Below, piece by piece: positions 57,184 to 64,000 of a stretch of DNA of 64,000 nucleotides. The position numbers and the translations under genes were made by a program. Location: NCBI GenBank assembly GCA_046052125.1, contig JBJOMY010000003.1:1-64000 (forward strand), read 5' to 3'. The first letter of the stretch is position 1. Each line of letters starts with the position of its first letter. The notes beneath the pieces are model-generated. The model was not told the DNA's origin, did no database searches, and was given only the letters and a program-made list of their open reading frames with translations. Origin of the DNA: Cyanobacteriota bacterium (GTDB lineage Bacteria; Cyanobacteriota; Cyanobacteriia; PCC-6307; Cyanobiaceae).

Positions 57184-59811
57184 ATGGCCTCTGATGCCAT
57201 TGCTGCGGCCCAGGGCCGCTGGCCGGAGATCCTGGCTGCCCTGGCGGGACTGAGCGGCGAGCAGCTCAGCAATCGCCATCAACCCTGCCCGCTCTGCGGC
57301 GGGAGGGATCGCTACCGCTTTGACGACAAGGACGGCAGCGGCTCCTGGTTCTGCAACCAGTGCGGCGGCAAGGACCAGCGCGGCGGCGCTGGCTCCGGCA
57401 TCGACCTGCTGATGCGCCGGCAGGGCTGGAGCTTTGTGGAGGCCGCCCGGCAGGTGGAGGCCTTCCTTGGCCTGGTGCCTGATCACCAGGGCACCAGTGC
57501 CGGCAGGGCCACCAGCCGAAACGGCAAGCCCTGGCGGATGCCCGAGAAGCCTCCCGCCGATGCCCAGCCTCCGCCGTTGAACCGCGGGGCCACCGCCCAG
57601 TGGGCCTACCGCAATAGCTCCGGGGAAGTGCTGTTCTGGATCCAGCGGATCCGGCTGCGCAGCGGCGGCAAAGCCTTCCTGCATCGCGTCTGGCTGGACG
57701 GGGACTGGCATCGCCCCAGCCGCCGCGACGCCTTCACCTGCGACTGGCCCACCCCCAGGCCGCTTTACGGACTGCCGGATCTGCTGCAGCGCCCCAACGC
57801 TCCGGTGCTGGTGGTGGAAGGGGAGGGCACCGCCGATGCGGCCGCCTGTCTGTTTCCGCAGCACGTGATGCTCACTTGGGCCAACGGCGCCAAGGCGATC
57901 GCCAAGGCGGACTGGACGCCGCTGGCCGGCCGCTCGGTGACGCTCTGGCCCGATGCCGATGCCGCGGGCCTGGAAGCCATGCAGAGCCTGGCCGCCCTAC
58001 TGCACCCGCTCGACTGCCAACTGCAATTGGTGGCCCTGCCAGCTGACCTGCCCCAAGGCTGGGACCTGGCCGATGCCGACTGGACACCCCGGCAGGCCGC
58101 CCGACAGCTGGCGAAAGCAGCCCAGCCATGGAGCCCCGCTGACGCGGGTGCTGCTGGCGATGGCGCTGCTGCTCCGCCAGTGACAGCGCCTGCTGCACCC
58201 CCAAGCCCGGGCACGCCTTTTCAGTGCCTTGGCTACGACGCGGACGCGAACTTCTATCAACCCGGCAGCACCGGTCAGGTGATCCGCCTGCCCCGGGGTT
58301 GCCACACCGCCACCCACCTGGTGGCCCTGGCACCACTGGAGTACTGGGAGAGCCTCTACCCCAGCCGCACCGGTGTGAACTGGCCGGCAGCAGCCAGTGA
58401 TCTGCACAAGAGCTCGGCCGCGATGGGGATCTTTGCGGTGGAGCGCATCCGCGGCCGCGGGGCCTGGTGGGATGAGGGCCGCACCGTGCTGCACCTCGGT
58501 GATCGCCTGATCACCCCCGATGGGGAGCACCCGATCACCAAACCCTTCCGCTCGCGGCACATCTACCAACGCCTCAAGCGCCTGGAGGGGCCCTGCGGCG
58601 TAGAGCCTCTGACCGTGCAGGAGGCGGCCGTGATCGTGGGCATTGCCAACCGTTTCCGCTGGGAGGTGCCGGCTTCCGGCACCCTGCTCCTGGGCTGGGT
58701 GGTGCTGGCTCCGATCTGCGGAGCCCTGCGCTGGCGGCCCCACCTCTGGCTCACCGCTGGTGCCGGCTCAGGCAAGAGCCAGATCCTCGATCGCTTCGTG
58801 GCGCCGCTACTCGGCGATTTGAGCCTGGTGGTGGTGGGCGCGACCACAGAAGCCGGCCTGCGCCAGACCATCTGCTGCGATGCCGTGCCGGTGGTTTTCG
58901 ATGAGGCGGAGAGCAACGAGAAGGGCGACCAGCAAAGGATGCAGGCGATCCTCTCGCTGGCGCGGGTGGCCAGCAGCGAGAGCAGCGCCGAGATGCTTAA
59001 GGGTTCCCCCAGCGGTGATGTGAGCCGCTACCGGGTGCGCTCGATGTTCCTGATGTCATCGATTGCCACGGCCCTCAAGCAGGGGGCTGACAAGAGCCGC
59101 TTCGCGCAGCTGACCCTGCGCAGCCCCACCGAAATGGGCAAGGAGGAGCGGGAAGTGCACTGGCAGAGCCTCGATCGCGATCTCGAACGCCACATCACTC
59201 CGGAGCTGGCGCGGCGGTTGATCGCCCGCACCGTGTCCTTGATCCCGGTGATCCGCCAGTCGGTTGTGGTGTTCTCCGCTGCGGCGGCACGGCACTTCGA
59301 CTCCCAGCGCCTCGGCGATCAGTACGGGACCTTGATGGCCGGAGCCTGGTCGCTGCTCAGTGATGCGGTGCCCACCCAGGAGGAGGCGGAGCAGTGCATC
59401 GCCTGCCACGACTGGGAGAGCTACAGCCAGAGCACTGAAGTGCCGGATGAGGCCCGCTGCATCCAGACGATCCTGCAGCGGCAGGTGCGGGTGGAGACCG
59501 ACGACAAACCCGTCACCCGCACCGTCGGCGAGCTGGTGGAGCTGGCCGCCTGCCATGCCAGTTGTATTGACGTGAGCGCGGGTTTGGCCGCCCAGACTCT
59601 CGGCCGCCATGGCCTGCGGGTGGATCAGGAGCGGCTGCTGGTGAGCAACACCGCCAAGGCGATTGAGCAGTTTCTTGCTGATACCGCCTGGCAGAACAGC
59701 TGGCCGGTGGTGCTGCTGCGCCTGACTGGTGCGCAACGGGCCGGACCGGTGCGCTTCTGTGGCGCCGGCATGGTCAGCCGTGCGGTCGCCATTCCCCTGG
59801 GCGAGCTGTAA
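57184..59811 (+). CDS. P4-alpha-like primase-helicase (Zn-binding, TOPRIM, P-loop helicase)
   Basis: GRWPEIL, CPLCGGRDRYRFDD..G.GSWFCNQC, VVEGE, WPDADAAG, GAGSGKS, FDEAE. Confidence 0.9.
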   Translation: MASDAIAAAQGRWPEILAALAGLSGEQLSNRHQPCPLCGGRDRYRFDDKDGSGSWFCNQCGGKDQRGGAGSGIDLLMRRQGWSFVEAARQVEAFLGLVPDHQGTSAGRATSRNGKPWRMPEKPPADAQPPPLNRGATAQWAYRNSSGEVLFWIQRIRLRSGGKAFLHRVWLDGDWHRPSRRDAFTCDWPTPRPLYGLPDLLQRPNAPVLVVEGEGTADAAACLFPQHVMLTWANGAKAIAKADWTPLAGRSVTLWPDADAAGLEAMQSLAALLHPLDCQLQLVALPADLPQGWDLADADWTPRQAARQLAKAAQPWSPADAGAAGDGAAAPPVTAPAAPPSPGTPFQCLGYDADANFYQPGSTGQVIRLPRGCHTATHLVALAPLEYWESLYPSRTGVNWPAAASDLHKSSAAMGIFAVERIRGRGAWWDEGRTVLHLGDRLITPDGEHPITKPFRSRHIYQRLKRLEGPCGVEPLTVQEAAVIVGIANRFRWEVPASGTLLLGWVVLAPICGALRWRPHLWLTAGAGSGKSQILDRFVAPLLGDLSLVVVGATTEAGLRQTICCDAVPVVFDEAESNEKGDQQRMQAILSLARVASSESSAEMLKGSPSGDVSRYRVRSMFLMSSIATALKQGADKSRFAQLTLRSPTEMGKEEREVHWQSLDRDLERHITPELARRLIARTVSLIPVIRQSVVVFSAAAARHFDSQRLGDQYGTLMAGAWSLLSDAVPTQEEAEQCIACHDWESYSQSTEVPDEARCIQTILQRQVRVETDDKPVTRTVGELVELAACHASCIDVSAGLAAQTLGRHGLRVDQERLLVSNTAKAIEQFLADTAWQNSWPVVLLRLTGAQRAGPVRFCGAGMVSRAVAIPLGEL

Positions 59812-60088
59812 CGAGCAGCCGTCACAAACGGGCCGGACATAACAGCAGCGGTAACGCCCAGATCAACTGCCCCGCAACTGATCTGGGCCTCTGTAACGCT
59901 GTAACGCTCCAGGGATCCGATAGAGCCCCCTATGAAATCAAAGGCACATGCACACCTGCTCAACCAGTCACTGCTGCTTGCTAAAGCTTCTATCTCTGAA
60001 AAAGGGTTACAGCGTTACAGCCACCCCTAGAAGCTTCTGCCTGCCGGCCCTCTCGGCTGTTACGGCGATCGTCACGCCGCGTCACAGC
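59806..60088. other. Putative replication origin of element 2
   Basis: GTAAC iterons left, GTTAC right; perfect 15-bp IR 59891-59905 / 60006-60020 around a more AT-rich spacer. Confidence 0.7.
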
Positions 60089-60098
60089 TGAAACGGTC

Positions 60099-60791
60099 AT
60101 GGTCACCACCACTTCCACCTGGCTTGATCCCATCCCCGGCCTCTGGCGGGACGAGGAAGCCCATCGCTACTGGCTGGGCGATCACCTGTTTCCGGTATCG
60201 ATCACCGGCGTGCTGGCCCATGGCCTGAGCGAGACCGCCAAACGGGCGATCGAGGCCAAGCGCCCGATCTGGGAGCCGCGCGGCACCACGGTGCATGCCG
60301 CTCTGGAGCACTACAGCCAGGCCCGCTTCCTGGTGGGCAAGAGCGCCAGCGAGGCCCTGCTGGATGCCGAAACCATGCCAGGCCACCACCAGTACCGCGA
60401 CTGGATCCTGCCGCTGCTGCAGCTGCCTCTCTGGGATGAGGTGGAGGTGATCGCCAGCGAACGGCTCACTTGCTGCCTCACCCGCAACATCGCCGGCGCC
60501 TTTGATGGGGCCTATGTCTCACCGGCACTGAGCGAACGCCACGGCCAGCCGGTGCGGGTGCTCTACGACCTCAAGACCCTCTCGGCCCATGGCCGGCCCT
60601 ATTCCACCGCCGCCCAGCTGGGCGGCTACATGGTGCTAGAGGCCGCGCAGGGGAACCACTACGAGCTGGGCCAGACGATCTGGAGCAAGCCAGGGGAGGC
60701 GTTCACCAGCAGCTTTTACAGCCGTGAGCAGTGCCTGGCGGCCTGGGCTGCGGCCTGGAGCCGTTACTGCCTGAGCCACCGACCCTTCTGA
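60099..60791 (+). CDS. PD-(D/E)XK nuclease-like phage protein
   Basis: SITGVL, RGTTVH, ASE, AGAFD, YDLKT, QLGGY. Confidence 0.75.
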   Translation: MVTTTSTWLDPIPGLWRDEEAHRYWLGDHLFPVSITGVLAHGLSETAKRAIEAKRPIWEPRGTTVHAALEHYSQARFLVGKSASEALLDAETMPGHHQYRDWILPLLQLPLWDEVEVIASERLTCCLTRNIAGAFDGAYVSPALSERHGQPVRVLYDLKTLSAHGRPYSTAAQLGGYMVLEAAQGNHYELGQTIWSKPGEAFTSSFYSREQCLAAWAAAWSRYCLSHRPF

Positions 60792-60895
60792 TCACCCAGG
60801 CATCCGCGAGGCATATCGGGACATTGGCTCGTGACGCAGAGCCGCTAGATTGAGCAGGCTCGGAAATGTCCGGGCTCTCGATCTGGTGACCTCGG

Positions 60896-61270
60896 ATGGC
60901 GAACTTCCTGCTCGCTGCTGCAACTCCTGCGCCCCCCGCAGAGGCGGCCGATCTCGAGGCCCTGCTCGATGCCGTCACCACGATCAAGGCCCAGCAGAAG
61001 GAGCTGGAGCAGCAACTGGAGCCCCTGCTGGAGGCCCTCAACGCGGCGATGGCAACCGGCCAGCTGGATCCAGCCTTCTTGCACAACAACTGGGCATTCG
61101 CCCACAGCCCCGGACGGCTGAGCTACGACTTCCCGCCGGCGGTGCAGCAGATCGAGCAGCAGCTCAAGGCCGCCAAGGACAGCGCGATCCAGCAAGGCAG
61201 CGCAACCGAAAAGCGCGGCAAACCCTTCTGGACCATCCGTGCACCCAAGACGCCGGCACTGCCGTTCTGA
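60896..61270 (+). CDS. Hypothetical coiled-coil protein
   Basis: Homolog of 40050-40529. Confidence 0.7.
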   Translation: MANFLLAAATPAPPAEAADLEALLDAVTTIKAQQKELEQQLEPLLEALNAAMATGQLDPAFLHNNWAFAHSPGRLSYDFPPAVQQIEQQLKAAKDSAIQQGSATEKRGKPFWTIRAPKTPALPF

Positions 61271-61274
61271 GCCC

Positions 61275-61796
61275 ATGGCGCAGCACTTCCGCCCAAGCAG
61301 CGCCGCTGATCCGGTGGAAGAGCTGCGCGCTGCCGCCAGCGCAGAAGACGACAACGGCCAGCCGCTGTATGAGCCCACCGACCCCGCCCGGCCGATCGGC
61401 CATGCCAACCCCCCGCGCCGCACGCGGGGCCTGGCCTTGCAGCCACCCCCTCGGCCCTCGCGTTTGGAGGTGGAGCGGCGTGTGGCAGAAGCGCAGCTCT
61501 GGATCGCCCAGCGCATTCCGCTGGCACTGATCGCCGAAAAAGCTCGTGAAAGCTGGGGGGTGAAGAACACCCAGACGATCAATCGCTACCTCAACCTGGC
61601 CCGCGAGCGGATGGTGGAGGAGCTGATCAGCGACCGGCGCCGCCACCAGGCCGAGCAGATCTTTGCCCTCAATGACTGCGCTCGGCGGGCGATGGATGCT
61701 GAGCAGTTCTCAGCTGCAGTCGGCGCCTTTCGCGTGATTGCGGAGATCGGCGGACTGCTGCGCGCACCACTCAAAGCGCCGGAGGCCAAGAGCTGA
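61275..61796 (+). CDS. Putative terminase small subunit
   Basis: HTH-like helical protein whose stop overlaps the TerL start. Confidence 0.55.
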   Translation: MAQHFRPSSAADPVEELRAAASAEDDNGQPLYEPTDPARPIGHANPPRRTRGLALQPPPRPSRLEVERRVAEAQLWIAQRIPLALIAEKARESWGVKNTQTINRYLNLARERMVEELISDRRRHQAEQIFALNDCARRAMDAEQFSAAVGAFRVIAEIGGLLRAPLKAPEAKS

Positions 61797-63418
61797 TGGC
61801 TGGGCTGTTGCTGGATCCAGCCGCTGACCGCTGGGCCGACTGGGGCCTGCTGGATGGTCCTGATTCAGACCGCCAGCCGAACGGCCCCCAGGCCCACCAG
61901 GCCTTCCGTGATTTCATCGTGGCCGCTTATCCCGGCTACGCCTTCCATAACTGGGCCGAGCGCCTGATCGCCCTGCTGCAGCGCGTGGCCGATGGCGAGC
62001 TCAACCGCCTGATCGTCTGCTGCCCACCCAGGCTGGGCAAATCGCTACTGGTCTCCAAGCTCTTCCCGGCCTACTGGGTGAGCCGCTACCCCACGCGCTT
62101 CTGCGCGATCGCCTCCTATTCGGCGGAGCTGGCCTATGCCCATAGCCGTGAGGCGCGGCACTACTACCGCGCCGTCGGTCACCCCCTCTCGAAGGACTCC
62201 ACCGCCGTTGGCAACTGGCTGACGCCCGAACGGGGCGGCTGCATCGCTGCTGGTGTGCGCGGGCCCTTCACCGGCAAGGGCTACGCGCTGGGGATCATCG
62301 ATGACCCCTACAAGGGTCCAGAAGACGCCAACTCCGCCGGGCAACGCCAGAAGCTGATCGAGTGGTTTCAGTCTGTCTGGCTCACCCGCGCTGAACCAGG
62401 GGTGAACGGCAGTGCTGGAGCCGCCCAGGTGGTGGTGCTGACCCGCTGGCACCAGGACGACCTGATCGGCTGGCTGCTGGAGCAGGAATGCGGTGATGCC
62501 CCGCAGCAGTGGCAGGTGCTGAATCTGCCGGCGATTGCTGAACCGCCCCAGCTACAGATCAAGTTCCCGGCCACCTGCACCATCGAGCCGGACTGGCGCC
62601 AGCCCGGTGAGCCGCTCTGCCCAGAGCGTTTCCCGCTGGCGGAGCTCGAGCAGATCCGCATTCGCGCCGGCAGTTACTGGTGGAACGCGCTGTACCAGCA
62701 GCGCCCCTCACCGGCAGAGGGCCTGCTGTTCCAACGCGCTTGGATCCGCTCCACAGCGGGCACCCCTGCTCCAGACGGCCGGGCGGCGCAACGGTCCTTT
62801 GCGGCGGTGGTGCTCAGTTGTGATCTGAGTTTCAAGGGGGGAGCGGAGAACGACTACTGCGGCTTCTGCCTGCTCGGCCTGCTGCCTGATCGGGAGGCCC
62901 GCCACCCGGTGGCGCAGGCCAGGGCAAGGGGTGAGCAGCTTCACCCCAGTGCCGCCCGGGTGCGCTCACCGGCCGAACCGCAGGCAGGCGTTGTCCACAG
63001 GATTGAGGTGATCTGGAGCCAGCACCACCGCCTCGACCTGCCGGGGGTGGTCAACTTCCTCGGCCAAACCCTGGCGTCGCTGGGTCAAGGCCAAAGCCCT
63101 GATGCCGTGCTGATCGAGGACGCCGCCAATGGTCCGGCCGTCTGCCAGTTGCTGCAACGCCAGATTCCTGGCCTGATTGCTGTGCGACCCACCGGCAGCA
63201 AGGTGAGCCGCGCCCATGCCGTGGCTCCGTTGCTTGAGGCCGGCCAGCTGGCCTTTCGCAGCGGCAACGAGGCCCTGGTCAGCGAGCTGCTGGGTTTTCC
63301 AAATGCAGCCCATGACGACCTTGTGGATGCCTTCTGCCAGGGCGTGATCTGGCTGCAGAGCCAGCACTGGCGCAGCCAGGGCAAGGCCACGCCACGGCCA
63401 TTGCTGTTTTCCCGCTGA
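61796..63418 (+). CDS. terL: Terminase large subunit
   Basis: PPRLGKS, IIDDPYK, TRWHQDDL, ALYQQRP, IEDAANG, HDDLVDA. Confidence 0.92.
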   Translation: MAGLLLDPAADRWADWGLLDGPDSDRQPNGPQAHQAFRDFIVAAYPGYAFHNWAERLIALLQRVADGELNRLIVCCPPRLGKSLLVSKLFPAYWVSRYPTRFCAIASYSAELAYAHSREARHYYRAVGHPLSKDSTAVGNWLTPERGGCIAAGVRGPFTGKGYALGIIDDPYKGPEDANSAGQRQKLIEWFQSVWLTRAEPGVNGSAGAAQVVVLTRWHQDDLIGWLLEQECGDAPQQWQVLNLPAIAEPPQLQIKFPATCTIEPDWRQPGEPLCPERFPLAELEQIRIRAGSYWWNALYQQRPSPAEGLLFQRAWIRSTAGTPAPDGRAAQRSFAAVVLSCDLSFKGGAENDYCGFCLLGLLPDREARHPVAQARARGEQLHPSAARVRSPAEPQAGVVHRIEVIWSQHHRLDLPGVVNFLGQTLASLGQGQSPDAVLIEDAANGPAVCQLLQRQIPGLIAVRPTGSKVSRAHAVAPLLEAGQLAFRSGNEALVSELLGFPNAAHDDLVDAFCQGVIWLQSQHWRSQGKATPRPLLFSR

Positions 63419-63439
63419 GGCGACTCCCCCCTGTTTTTG

Positions 63440-63970
63440 ATGAGCACCCCACTACACGCCCGCCGCCCCAAGCCCCAGCAGGCCACTGCTCGCGTGACGA
63501 CAACAGGCCGAGCACGCGGGCCATTGCGTTCACCCCATGCCACTGCTGATGCCTTGGTGGTGGAGCACCTGCCCTTTGCCGCGAAGGTGGCGGCCAATTA
63601 CGCACGCCGCACTGGTCATCCCAAGGAAGATCTGGAGCAGCTGGCCGCGATCGGGCTGATCAAAGCCTCACGTCGCTACGACATTCACCGCCCGGGCCGC
63701 AGTCCAAACCACTTCATTGCCTACGCCAGGCCGTTCGTGAACGGCGAGATCACCCATTACCTGCGTGACAAGGGGTTCTTGATTTCCGTACCGGGCCGCT
63801 GGCGGGAGCTGCATGTGCGGGGACAAAAACTTCTCAGAGAAGGGGTTGAATCCCATGAAATCCCGCAACGGCTGGGGCTCTCGCCTGATCGCTGGGCTGA
63901 GATCCTTCAGGCCTGTTGTGTGCAGGTAGTGGCGATGGGGACTCGACAAGTGGAGGAGTCATTGGGGTGA
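63440..63970 (+). CDS. Short SigF-like sigma factor (regions 2-3 only)
   Basis: EHLPFA, EDLEQLAAIGLIKA..RYD, GEITHYLRD; 176 aa. Confidence 0.82.
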   Translation: MSTPLHARRPKPQQATARVTTTGRARGPLRSPHATADALVVEHLPFAAKVAANYARRTGHPKEDLEQLAAIGLIKASRRYDIHRPGRSPNHFIAYARPFVNGEITHYLRDKGFLISVPGRWRELHVRGQKLLREGVESHEIPQRLGLSPDRWAEILQACCVQVVAMGTRQVEESLG

Positions 63971-64000
63971 TTATGATTTTCAGTAACTACCCAGAACAGA

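Larger units (their letters stand above)
47918..64000. mobile_element. Element 2: prophage or phage satellite, incomplete in window
   Basis: att, integrase, Xis, primase-helicase, terminase. Confidence 0.85.

Noticed and set aside
60099..60791. Cas4
   Set aside because: No four-Cys Fe-S cluster pattern and no CRISPR context; generic phage PD-(D/E)XK protein

Overview
GC-rich picocyanobacterial (Cyanobium/Synechococcus-like; inferred from DUF1651, Nif11-leader, cyanobacterial AbrB-like and LexA-box features) genomic-island region. 1-14.5 kb: 5' part of a repetitive secreted adhesin (minus strand, runs off the window), a divergent type I secretion operon whose two ABC proteins have degenerate ATPase motifs, GT2 and LuxR pseudogenes, nested IS3-family elements and an autotransporter. 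Two copies of a 43-bp tRNA-Pro(UGG) 3' half (14548-14590, 47918-47960) are att sites of tandemly integrated elements. Element 1 (14548-47960, 33.4 kb, complete) has a tyrosine integrase, Xis-like gene, wHTH initiator/DnaB/DnaG with an iteron array, Rad52-like annealing protein, two sigma factors, a lysozyme, LexA boxes and several cargo cassettes (TIR + membrane protein + MmeI-like R-M, K+/H+ antiporter, redox cluster, RHH cluster), but no recognisable capsid, terminase or conjugation genes. Element 2 (47918 to beyond 64000) is prophage/satellite-like: integrase, Xis, KilA-N, SSB, ERF-like protein, VapBC, helicase, P4-alpha-like primase-helicase with an origin, terminase and a short sigma factor. 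All calls are from motif reading by eye; no searches were run.
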